64,000 nucleotides of DNA from Squalus acanthias (Eukaryota), in NCBI GenBank assembly GCA_030390025.1, contig CM059431.1:131628001-131692000 (forward strand), in the 5' to 3' direction. The notes under the pieces are model-generated. The model was not told where the DNA came from. It saw only the letters and a program-made list of their open reading frames with translations, and made no database searches. The position numbers and the translations under genes were made by a program. This document shows positions 37,201 through 47,950 of the stretch, in pieces. Every line of letters starts with the position of its first letter. The first letter of the stretch is position 1.

Positions 37201-39017
37201 AGTCCCTGAACTGTATCAGCAAATGTAAACATAGTTACTTGTACATTGAAGAGATTGTACTTTCTATCAAGGATATTCTTTGATTTAAGGGAATAAATTA
37301 TTAATTGAAGAGCTTGTTACAGGGGAAGTTATGTGCACTTCCATGTAGTCTTTCAATTTATATTATTTGAGGTGTGATCTGAGGAGGTTACCACATGACC
37401 CTTATTGCAAACTCCTAATTGAAAACAGTTGAAATAATTTCTCCATGGAGGTCACCACAAGGTCTTCCTTGTGGAGTTTCAATTGAAAATAAATTAAAAT
37501 GGTCTGTGTTGGAAAGTAATCACGTGCAACTTGTTTTTGAGTCTCAGCTGAAAACCAATTAAGTTGTAGGGTAAGTAGAAGTCAAGTTGCTCATAAGTCC
37601 AGCATAATGTGCTCGAGTAGTTTCTGTAGTGATTTTATTTGATATTAAAAGTTGAAAACTATTAAATAGATAATGTCTGCAAAGTAAATGTTATTAAAAC
37701 AGTAGTTCAGCTAAGAAACTAACCTTGTCAAATATTTGAATAATAGGGCTAATAAAATATATTTTATTTTGAATCAAAAGGCTTGATCTTAATGGGGAAC
37801 TACCTTATTGTTTGAAAAAAAATGTTTTGGAGCAGCTATCCCTCAAAAATCTGTTTAAATTACTTCCCTGTACAATACCATAGAAGTATCTTTATCATCA
37901 ACTTTTGATTTAAAGGAATCGCATTAACATTTTTGCTTAGCCTAAGTTTTCTTTTAAGATAACTATATGCTTGTTTTCCTTTGTTTTTTCTTTTTTTCTT
38001 ATATGTTCCATTATTTTGAGTAAAATATCGATTCTTTATACCAACTACACACTGGGTCAGTGGCGGAGATAGGGTTGAAAGAATTGGGTGGGTCGAACTT
38101 CTGATTTGGCCGACTTAGCCTATAAGAAGTCCAGATTTTGCTGAATTAGCCCTCTGCTCTGACTCCTCCTCCTCGTCCTCTCAACACAGCTCTGCCTCTG
38201 TATCTAAGTGGGTAGAAACCAGAGTGCTCAGGGCCAGAGACAAAGCAGGTAGCGCTTGGAGACAAAGGGTCCAGCAGGAAGCACTGCAGGAAGAGGGCCG
38301 AGTGGGAACTGGGGATTGATGACCTGTCTAGTGCGAAGGCCGAGCTGGGAACTGTACAGATTTACAGGCCAAACCTGGAGGCCAAAGAGAAATGGAGGTG
38401 GTCCTCCAATGCTATGTTGACGAACCTCAAAATGACCACTGGCTCTGCTACTGCACTGGGTAGAGCTGCAGCTAGAAGCTGACTCTTGAATGTTGAGTTT
38501 TAAACTTTTGTACTGTATGAAGAGATTCCAAGAGACATTCCTAAAATGTTATTTAGCATGACCCCTCACTCTTGTTTCCAGATGGCTATGTTTCCCAAAC
38601 CCTTAACAGACTTGTAATGCTTTTCTAGACAGCTGTTGATGGATAAATCTTTAGCATAATAGTTGAAGGTAAATGCATTTTGAAAACGTTATTGCCATTC
38701 AAACTGTTTCAGCATATCAACACAGCTATTTTTAATATCATATCTATAATTTGATATTCTTTGTTCACCTGTGAGTTTCCCTTTAACCGAATGCTGCACA
38801 AAATTATATTTTCCCTCTCTGCACAAAAAATAAAGTGGTAACTTCTAGTCTTAAAAAAATTTGGCATGAGGGGATCAAGTAACATATCCCTGCCATGCCA
38901 CTAGTACTGAGCACTCGCTCAGTATGGCCACTGTTTTACAGAAAAGCAAGCCTAATGGTATCGGTTAGATCAGTGAAGGCTTGAGAAATGGTTGTCTGTA
39001 ACTGATCACCAAGCTGG

Positions 39018-39410
39018 TCAAAGCCAGAGGAGATAGCCCTGTCTACTTTGGTGCCCAAGACCTCTATGGTAGCAGTCTAAGCAGAAGTTAAGGCTCTCCG
39101 CAGAACCTTTGTCATGGAGGCCGCTGCTGCAAATTGGCCTGGATGCTCCAGGGTGGACTGAAATGCTACAAAGCCATCCATCATTGTGTTGCAGATGCAA
39201 TTAGTGAACTCCTCCAATTGACCTGCCACCAGCTGCATATTGTCAGTTACTGTCCCTGGTGCCTGAATATATATTTTTGTGCTCTTCAAGCACCTTTTAA
39301 AATCAGAACCCATGAGATCTGGGTGATGAGCCTCTTTGGCCAAGGGCAATGTCTCCTCTGGTCTTATCTTTCTTCTGCAACCTTGTCATACTTGTGCTTT
39401 ATGGGTCACT
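39018..39410 (-). pseudogene. Old Harbinger Myb-gene C-terminal exon relic
   Basis: DLMGSDFKRCL...QLEEFTNCICNTMMDGFVAFQSTLE resembles HLDGAAFRRRV...SVEKSTSNIGQGFAQSLERMISRLE of 27400..28680. Confidence 0.5.
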
Positions 39411-39665
39411 CATAAGAACATAAGAAATAGGAGCAGGAGTAGACCAATCGGCCCCTCGAGCCTGCTCCGCCATTCAATGAGATCATGGCTGATCTGATCC
39501 AACCTCAACTCTAAAGAACACAAGAAGTAGGAGCAGGACCAGGCCACTCGGCCCATGGGCCCGCTCCGCCACCCACAGGGCCTTGACCGATCCGAACTCA
39601 AACTCATGTCCAATTTTCAGCCCGCTCCCCGTAACCCCTGATTCCCTTTACTTCTAGGAAACGGT

Positions 39666-42541
39666 CTATTTCTGTTTAAATTTATTTAATGAAGTAGCTT
39701 CCACAGCTTCTTGGGGTAGCAAACTCCACAGACCCACTACCCTCTGAGTGAAAAAGTTTCTCCTCATCTCAGTTTTGAAAGAGCAGCCCCTTATTCTAAG
39801 ATTATGTCCCCTAGTTCTAGTTTCACCCATCATTGGGAACATCCTCACCGCGTCCACCCGATCAAGCCCCTTCACAATCTTATATGTTTCAATAAGATCG
39901 CCTCTCATTCTTCTGAACTCCAATGAGTAGAGTCCCAATCTACTCAACCTCTCCTCGTATGTCCACCCCCTCATCCCCGGAATTAACCGAGTGAACCTTC
40001 TTTGTACTGCCTCGAGAGCAAGTATGTCTTTTCTTAAGTATGGACACCAAAACTGTATGCAGTACTCCAGGTGCGGTCTCACCAATACCCTATACAACTG
40101 CAGCAATACCTCCCTGTTTTTATATTCTATCCCCCTAGCAATAAAAGCCAACATTCCATTGGCTTTCTTGATCACCTGCTGCACCTGCATACTAACTTTT
40201 TGATTTTCTTGCACCAAGACCCCCAGATCCCTTTGTACTGCAGTACTTTCCAGTTTATCGCCATTAAGATAATAACTTGCTCTCTGATTTTTCCTGCCAA
40301 AGTGCATCACCTCACATTTTCCAATATTGTATTGCATCTGCCAAATCTCTGCCCACTCACCCAGCCTGTCTATATCCCCTTGTAGGCTTTTTATGTCCTC
40401 CTCACTCTCTACTTTCCCTCCCATCTTTGTATCATCTGCAAACTCTGATATGTTACACTCGGTCCCCTCCTCCAAATCGTTAATATAGATTGTAAAGAGT
40501 TGGGGACCCAGCACCGACCCCTGCGGAACACCACTGGCTACTGGTTGCCAGTCCGAGAATGAACCATTTATCCCAACTCTCTGCTTCCTGTTAGATAACC
40601 AATCCTCCACCCATGCCAGAATATTACCCCCAATCCAGTGATTTTTTATCTTGAGTAATAATCTTTTATGTGGCACCTTGTCGAATGCCTTCTGGAAGTC
40701 TAAATACACTACATCCACTGGTTCCCCTTTATCCACCCTGTACGTTATGTCCTCAAAGAACTCGAGCAAATTTGTCAGACATGACTTCCCCTTCATAAAG
40801 CCATGCTGACTTTGTCCTATTAAATTATGTTTATCTAAATGTTCCGTTACTGTCTCCTTAATAATAGACTCCAAAATTTTACCCACCACAGATGTTAGGC
40901 TAACTAGTCTATAATTTCCAGCCTTCTGCCTACAACCCTTTTTAAATAAGGGTGTTACATTAGCAGTTTTCCAATCTGCCGGGACCTTTGCTGAGTTCAG
41001 GGAGTTTTGGAAAATTATTACCAAAGCATCCACAATTCCTACTGCCAGTTCCCTCAAGACCCTAGGATGTAAGCCATCAGGTCCAGGGGATTTATCCGCC
41101 TTGAGTCCCATTATTTTACTGAGTACCAATTCCTTAGTGATTTTAATCGTATTTAGCTCCTCCCCCACTAGAGCCCCCTGTTTGTCCAGTGTTGGGATAT
41201 TCTTAGTGTCCTCTACCGTAAAGACTGAAACAAAATATTTGTTCAGCATTTTTGCCATCTCCATGTTTCCCACCATTAATTTCCCGGTCTCATCCTCTAA
41301 GGGACCTACGTTTGCCTTAACCACCCTTTTTCTTTTTATATAACTATAGAAACTCTTGCTATCTGTTTTTATATTTTTTGCTAATTTATTTTCATAGTCT
41401 ATTTTCCCTTTCTTAATCAATCCTTTAGTTACTTTTTGTTGTCTTTTGAAGACTTCCCAATCTTCTATCCTCCCACTAACTTTGGCTACCTTATATGTCC
41501 TTGTTTTTAGTTGGATACTTTCTTTAATTTCTTTACTTAGCCATGGATGGCTGTCATTTCTTTTACACCCTTTTTTCCTCAGTGGAATATATTTATTTTG
41601 AAAGTTGTAAAATAACTTCTTGAATGAACACCACTGCTCATGTACCGTCTTACCCTTTAATCTATTTTCCCAGTCCACTTTAATCAATTCTGCTCTCATG
41701 CCGTCATAGTCTCCTTTATTCAAGCTCAGTATGCTTGTTTGAGAACCAACCTTCTCACCCTCTAATTGGATATGGAATTCAACCATGTTGTGGTCACTCA
41801 TTCCAAGGGATCCTTAACTAGGACATTATTAATTAATCCAGACTCATTACACAGTACCAGGTCCAAGGTTGCTTGCCCCCTTGTAGGATCAGTTACATAC
41901 TGCTCAAGAAATCCATCCCTAAGACACTCAATAAACTCTTCCTCAAGGCTGCCCTGCCCAATTTGATTTGTCCAGTTAATATGATAGTTAAAATCCCCCA
42001 TAATTATAGCTGTTCCCTTATTACATGCCCCAACTATTTCCTGATTAATACTTCTTCCAACAGAGTTGCAACTATTAGGAGGCCTATATACTACGCCCAC
42101 CAGTGTTTTTTTCCCCTTATTATTCCTTATCTCTACCCAAACTGTTTCATTATCCTGATCTTTTGACCCAATATCATTTCTCTGTATTACAGTGATTCCT
42201 TCCTTTATTAACATAGCCACCCCCCCTCCCCTTCCTTCCTGCCTGTCCTTCCTGATTGTTAAATACCCTGGCATATTTAATTCCCAGACGTTGTCACCCT
42301 GCAGCCATGTTTCTGTAATGGCCACAAGATCATACCCATACATAGTTATTTGTGCCGTTAACTCGTCAATTTTGTTACGAATGCTACGTGCATTCAGATA
42401 AAGAACTTTCAAATGTGTTTTGCGACACTTACTTCCTGCTTTTTCCTTATTTAACACTTTACCTTTTACTCCATACCTTCTGTCCCTTCCTGACATGCTT
42501 TCCTCTGTCTCCCTGCTCAGGTTCCCAACCCCCTGCCACAT
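39666..42541 (-). pseudogene. CR1 ORF2 (APE endonuclease and RT) with 1-bp frameshifts
   Basis: YLNARS, ITETWL, GDFN, SDHN, FADD motifs. One C is missing at ~41807 (GATCCCTTGG vs GATCCCCTTGG at 58604) and a second indel lies near 39680. Confidence 0.95.
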
Positions 42542-43488
42542 TAGTTTAAATCCTCCCCAACAGCACTAGCAAACACTCCCCCTAGGACAGCGGTCCCGGC
42601 CCTGCCCAGGTGCAGACCGTCCGGTTTGTACTGGTCCCACCTCCCCCAGAACCGGTTCCAATGTCCCAGGAATTTGAATCCCTCCCCCTTGCACCATTCC
42701 TCTAGCCACGTATTCATTTGAAATATCCTCCTATTTCTACTCTGACTAGCACGTGGCACTGGTAGCAATCCTGAGACTACTACCTTTGAGGTCCTATTTT
42801 TTAATGTACCTCCTAACTCCCTATATTCTGCTTTTAGGACCTCATCCCCTTTTTTACCTATATCGTTGGTGCCTATGTGCACCACGACAGCTGGCTGTTC
42901 GCCCTCCCCCTCCAAAATGTTCTGTAGCCACTCCGAGACGTCCTTGACCCTTGCACCAGGGAGGCAACACACCATCCTGGAGTCTCGGTTGCGGCCGCAG
43001 AAACGCCTATCTATTCCCCTTACAATTGAGTCCCCTATCACTATAGCTCTTCCACTCTTTTTCCTCCCAGCCTGTGCAGCAGAGCCGCCCATGGTGCCAG
43101 GAAGTTGGCTGCTGCTGCCTTCCCCAAAGTCATCCCCCCCAACAGTATCCAAAGCGGTATATCTGATTGAGAGGGGGATGGCCACAGGGGACCCCTGCAC
43201 TACCTGCCTGCACCTCCTACTCTGCCTGGTGGTCACCCATTCCCTTCCTGCCTGTACACCCTTCACCTGCGGTGTGACCAACTCACTAAACGTGCTATCC
43301 ACGAGGTTCTCAGCATCACGAATGCTCCAATATGCATCCAGCCGCAGCTCCAGCACCGCAATGCGGGCTGTCAGTAGCTGCAGCTGGATACACTTCCCGC
43401 ACACATGGTCGTCAGGGACACCGGAAGGGTCCCTGATTTCCCACATAGAGCAGGAGGAGCACAACACGGGGCTGGGCTGTCCTGCCAT
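42541..43488 (-). CDS. CR1 ORF1p: N-terminal Cys motif/leucine zipper plus SGNH esterase domain (315 aa)
   Basis: CSSC...CGKC, then GDS (IGDSIVR), PGA, GTND, DGLHL blocks typical of CR1 esterase ORF1. Confidence 0.92.
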   Translation of the reverse strand: MAGQPSPVLCSSCSMWEIRDPSGVPDDHVCGKCIQLQLLTARIAVLELRLDAYWSIRDAENLVDSTFSELVTPQVKGVQAGREWVTTRQSRRCRQVVQGSPVAIPLSIRYTALDTVGGDDFGEGSSSQLPGTMGGSAAQAGRKKSGRAIVIGDSIVRGIDRRFCGRNRDSRMVCCLPGARVKDVSEWLQNILEGEGEQPAVVVHIGTNDIGKKGDEVLKAEYRELGGTLKNRTSKVVVSGLLPVPRASQSRNRRIFQMNTWLEEWCKGEGFKFLGHWNRFWGRWDQYKPDGLHLGRAGTAVLGGVFASAVGEDLN

Positions 43489-43774
43489 GACTTACCCGTT
43501 AATTAATTGAACTTTAATTAAATCAAATCAATACCACCAATTTCACTCAATTAAATGAATTACTCAAGGGCCCTTGGTTACTAGCACTAGAAATTATAAT
43601 CACAAAATTAAGATCTTCGAAACTTTATAAACTATGAACCTTAACTATCAAACTATAAAGTAGTATAAATACTAACCTGCCGTACTCACCCAATCAGCCG
43701 CTCCCTCCTGCCCACGTCACGTTTTGAATCGTAACGTGGCTCTGGAACGCCGCCGCCGGTCTGAGATTGGTAAA

Positions 43775-44119
43775 CCTCTGCAAACAAAAGCCCGCGAAAG
43801 TGAGTTTAGATACTCACCGGGCCTCGGCTCTCTCCGCTCCCGACACCAGCCTCTGTAAACAAAAGCCCGCGAAAGTGAGTTTAGATACTCACTGGGCCTC
43901 GGCTCTCTCCGCTCCCGACACCAGCCTCTGTAAACAAAAGCCCGCGAAAGTGAGTTTAGATACTCACCGGGCCTCGGCTCTCTCTGCTCCCGACCAGCCT
44001 CTGCAAACAAAAGCCCGCGAAAGTGAGTTTAGATACTCACCGGGCCTCGGCTCTCTCCGCTCCCGACCAGCCTCTGCAAACAAAAGCCCGCAAAAGTGAG
44101 TTTAGATACTCACCGGGCC
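43775..44119. repeat. 73-75-bp tandem repeat (~4.5 copies) in the CR1 5' UTR
   Basis: ACTCAC anchor recurs at 43812, 43887, 43962, 44035 and 44108. Confidence 0.95.
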
Positions 44120-44527
44120 CCCTGATATACACTCACCCCCTTTAGGTTAGAGGAGGTGGAAGGGTGGGGGACACTACAAGTGTAGTGTCTCGGGTTTAGA
44201 AACCGGCAACTTATATACAGGTAAAAAAAAAACTTACCCAGCAACCACTGCAACCCGCACTATTAAAGCAATCACCCTGTATAGCTTTTTAGCCTCGCTG
44301 CTCCACTCACTTCTCGCCCAGGTCTGCCGCTGTAAAAGAGGGGCCTACCTGGATACCGCAGGCTTTTATAGCCTCGCTGCTCCACTCACTTCTCGCCCAG
44401 GTCCGCCGCTGTGCACTTCCCTCTGCATTATCTTTTAATGCCCCTCCTGCAACAATTCACAAAGTCAGCATAAGAAGGAAGACAGCTTGCTCTATGAAGA
44501 GTTAAAAATGACAGTCATAGAGTCATA

Positions 44528-45296
44528 GGGGGGAATTTTCCCAGCCCTGGGGAGGTGGGTATGGAGGCGGGACTGCCGGGAAAATGGCAGAAACTGGGAG
44601 CGGGTACAGAACCCGCTCCCAGCCCGCCTCCGTGCCATCTTCCCGGGAGGTGGGTCCCCGACTCGTGCAGGGTCCCGTCTCCTCGAGGCGGGAAGGGGAT
44701 TAGAGCCAATTAACTGCCTGTTAACAGGTAGTTAACAGGCAGTTTTGAGGCTTATCCCCATTTTACCCCTGCAAGTGCGGGCTTCCCGACAGCTGCGAAC
44801 CTCGCCAGGCGAGCAATGGGTCTGCGGGGGTGAGAGGGATCGAAAAGTCTGCTGTGGAGGTGAGTGATGGGTGCAAGTGTGGAGAGGGAAGTAAGAGAGG
44901 TGAGTGTAAAGTGTTGGAAAAAGTTTACTTACCTTTGCTTCTTCCTGCAGCCTTCAACCCTTGGGGATTCGTAGGTGCATCATCTCAACGGCAGAGATGA
45001 CAGAATGGCTGCTGCATTCTCAGATGCAGCAGCCATCTGCTTTCTGCTGAGGAGAGAGGTTTTGGTGAGCCTTCAGTACAAGGGCTCACCGTAGAACAGA
45101 GATTGATAGAGCACGTCAGCTGTGAAACACTGTCACCAGCTTTCCCTTAATTGGCCTGCTAAGCCCGCAGGGCAGGCTTAACAAGGTCAATCAAGGGAAA
45201 ATAGCGTGGGTTGGCCGGATGTCATTGGGGGCGGGACTGAAACCTGACAACCAGCAGTCCCACCTCCAACGCGCCTCCATTGACAAAATCCAGCCC
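44528..45296. mobile_element. Harbinger-type MITE inserted in a CR1 tail
   Basis: GGGGGGAATTTTCC ... GACAAAATCCAGCCC with TSD ATA (44525-44527, 45297-45299); several internal palindromes. Confidence 0.85.
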
Positions 45297-45306
45297 ATAG
45301 AGTCAT

Positions 45307-45953
45307 GGGGCTAAAAATTGAGTAGCGCCCCATTTGGGATGCACCGGAACTTGAGTGGTTGCGCCTCAAGAGGGAAGCGGGGCGCTACTGGAAGTGTCCC
45401 ACATCCCTCTTGGGGCACTGCGAGTCAATATCACGGCGCTACGTACCGCGGTATTGCAGGCCTTCCTCCCTTTCTTAAAGGGGAGGGGCCTTGCGCAGCT
45501 GGGCCCCGGGGATCGGGAGTGCCGGCAAAAGAGCCCAGGCACTTGAGAAGTGCCGGCTCTTGGAGCGCAGCCGGCACTCAGCGGGGGCAGGCCATTCAGG
45601 AGGGCGGGGACGGCAGCGCAGGCAGGCGACCAGCAACAAAAATGGCCGCCCTGCACCTCTCCTTTAAATAGCGCCTGCCCGGCCGCAGGTAGGCCCCCCT
45701 GACCCCGTCGGACATACCGTCCGGCAATAATTCAGGGGGCGCTCCCGAAGATCGCGGCTGGGGCGCGAGCGGGGCGCTGCACACGGTGATGACATCATCG
45801 CCGGCAGCACAGCGCCGCGGGGCGCTACGGCTTAGCACCGCTGCTAACTTCCCACTGAATTTCGTGGGTGGCACCGCGCCCGGGCGCTAGTTGCTTTGCG
45901 CCTCATTAGTTTAGGGCGCTAACGGGAGGCGCAAAGCAACCCAATTTTCTCCC
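45307..45953. mobile_element. Harbinger-type MITE (family A) inserted in the same CR1 tail
   Basis: GGGGCTAAAAATTG ... CAATTTTCTCCC; flanks AGTCAT / ATAGAATCATA; homologous to 18414-19136. Confidence 0.85.
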
Positions 45954-46567
45954 ATAGAATCATAACGGCACAGAAGGAGGCCATTTGGCCCATCGAGTCC
46001 ATGCCGGCTCTCTGTAAAGCAATCCAGTCAGTCCCATTCCCCTGCTCTATCCCTGTAGCCCTGCAAGTTTATTTCCCTCAAATGCCTATCCAGTCTCCCC
46101 TTGAAAACATTGAGTGTGTCCGTTTCCACTACTTCCGTCGGCAGCGAGTTCCAGGTCCTCACTGCTCGATACGTCAAAAAGTTTTTCCTCACGTCCCCCC
46201 TGTATCTCTTGCCCAAAACCTTAAATCTGTGTCCTCTAGTCATTATACCATCAACTAGTGGGAACAGTCTTTCCCCGTCTAGCCTATCCAAACCCGTCAT
46301 AATCTTGTACATCTCTATCAAATCACCCCACAACCTCCTTTGCTCTAATGAAAACAAATCCAGCTTCTCCAACCTGTCCTTGTAGCTAAGATCCCCCATC
46401 CCCGGAACCATTCTGGTAAATCTCCTCTGCACCCTCTCAAGTGCCTTCACATCCTTCCTAAAGTGTGGTGACCAGAACTGGACGCAATACTCCACTTGTG
46501 GCCTAACCAGCGCTTTATAAAGGTTCAGCATAAATTCTCTACTTTTGTACTCAATACCTCTATGAAG

Positions 46568-46800
46568 GCCATGATGCGGAGATGCCGGTGTTGGACTGGG
46601 GTGGACAAAAGTGAGAAGTCGCACAACACCAGGTTATAGTCCAACGGTTTTATTTGAAATCACGCTCGGGGGTCGCGTAACTATTTAGAATTCCGATAAC
46701 GAACGAGACTCCTCCATGCTAAATAGTTACGCGACCCCCGAGCGTGATTTCAAATAAAACTGTTGGACTATAACCTGGTGTTGTGCGACTTCTCACTTTT
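46568..46800 (-). mobile_element. Chimeric 18S rRNA/PLE mini-insertion with inverted-repeat structure
   Basis: 46568-46663 is the reverse complement of PLE 7927-8022; 46744-46800 is the inverted arm; TSD ACCTCTATGAAG at 46556-46567 and 46801-46812. Confidence 0.93.
46689..46744 (+). pseudogene. 18S rRNA fragment (partial inverted copy at 46664-46688)
   Basis: AATTCCGATAACGAACGAGACTCCTCCATGCTAAATAGTTACGCGACCCCCGAGCG matches the recalled vertebrate 18S 3'-major-domain sequence TTAATTCCGATAACGAACGAGACT...GTTACGCGACCCCCGAGCGG. Confidence 0.93.
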
Positions 46801-47079
46801 ACCTCTATGAAGCCCAAGATCCCATATGCTTTGCTAACCACTCTCTCAATATGTCCTGCCACCTTCAGGGACCTATGCACATTAACTCCCAGGTCCCTCT
46901 GCCCCTGCACACTCTTTAAAACTGTGCCATTAAGTGTTTATTGCCTCTCCCTGTTCCTTCTGCCAAAATGCATCACCTCACACTTCTCTGTATTAAATTC
47001 CATCTGCCACTTTTCTGCCCATTCTGCTAGCCTTTCTATGTCCTGTTGCAGTCGATTGGTATCATCAACAGGTGTAAAA

Positions 47080-47950
47080 CAGGAAGATTATTTTAGTAGG
47101 TGACTTCAATAAACCAAATATAAATTGGGAATGCCCAGATGGTTCAGAATATGAGTTGGTAAGCATAATGCAGGACTACTTCATGCACTCATATCAGAAG
47201 TCATGAGAGGCTGTGCTCATGGTAAGAATACATGACCCAAATAATATAGCAAAGATTGAAGTGTTGTTCCCTTTAGTGGACAGCGATGATAGAATAATCA
47301 ATTTCAACATGACCCGGGAAATACTTGAAATGCCGAGGATTGGGTGCCAGGCATATAATTTTGAAAAGGAAATAAGTGAACAGTTTAAGTAAATTGACTG
47401 GGGGAGGGGAGCAAGTTGTTAAACAAAACATCAGTAGAGGACAATTAGAGCACACATTTAGAGACACAATGCTGAGCGGCAGGATAAGTACGTACAGGGA
47501 TTAGCAAGTGGAAGCTAAACAAACATTACTCTAAATGGATTAATGAATTAATCAGAAGCAAAATAAAGAGGAAACACCACCTCTATGAATTCTGCACGAA
47601 GAAAGGTGATGGGATTCACTGGGATAAATATAGGAACATGCAGATACATTTAAAAGGGCAAAGAGGGACCTGAAAAACAGCAGAGGTGCAGGTGCAAAGC
47701 ATAATAGTAAGAAATTCCTTTAATATATAACCGTGAGAACGCAAAGATGATAATGGAGCCAAAATTGAGGTTGAGCATAAAACAGGTAATATATTAAATG
47801 ATTGCTTCCTCTAAGCATTCATGAAGGAAGAAATGAGCAACATGCTCTCATGAATTCGTGACAATCCAAATAGAATAAATGAGATGAAAGTCACACACAG
47901 GCTAAAAGGAAATACAAATAAATTCCCCAGGATGTTTAGTGTTTTTCACA
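47080..47950 (+). mobile_element. Very old CR1 endonuclease-region relic
   Basis: ILVGDFNKPNINW at ~47090, SDD/DRII and NSKKF-like remnants. Confidence 0.55.

Larger units (their letters stand above)
39411..44412 (-). mobile_element. Near-full-length CR1 LINE (5' UTR, ORF1, ORF2, 3' UTR)
   Basis: ORF1 plus APE/RT ORF2, tandem-repeat 5' UTR, 3' tail (CTTATGTT)n. Confidence 0.97.
45954..47067 (-). mobile_element. 5'-truncated CR1 LINE; its (CATAGART)n tail extends to ~44514 around two MITEs
   Basis: RGIEYKSRE...LEQRRLWGD...FKGRLD; interrupted at 46568-46800. Confidence 0.93.

Noticed and set aside
43775..44119. Regularly spaced repeats resembling a CRISPR array
   Set aside because: The units are contiguous with no unique spacers, there are no cas genes, and they lie in a CR1 5' UTR.
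39407..44417. CACT on both flanks of the full-length CR1 as a TSD
   Set aside because: Only 4 bp and offset by one base; could be chance.
46607..46800. Long hairpin as a miRNA precursor or DNA-transposon TIR pair
   Set aside because: The arms match the PLE 3' end and 18S, with an asymmetric tail and 12-bp TSD typical of the PLE insertion at 6398-8022; small-RNA production is not excluded but unsupported.
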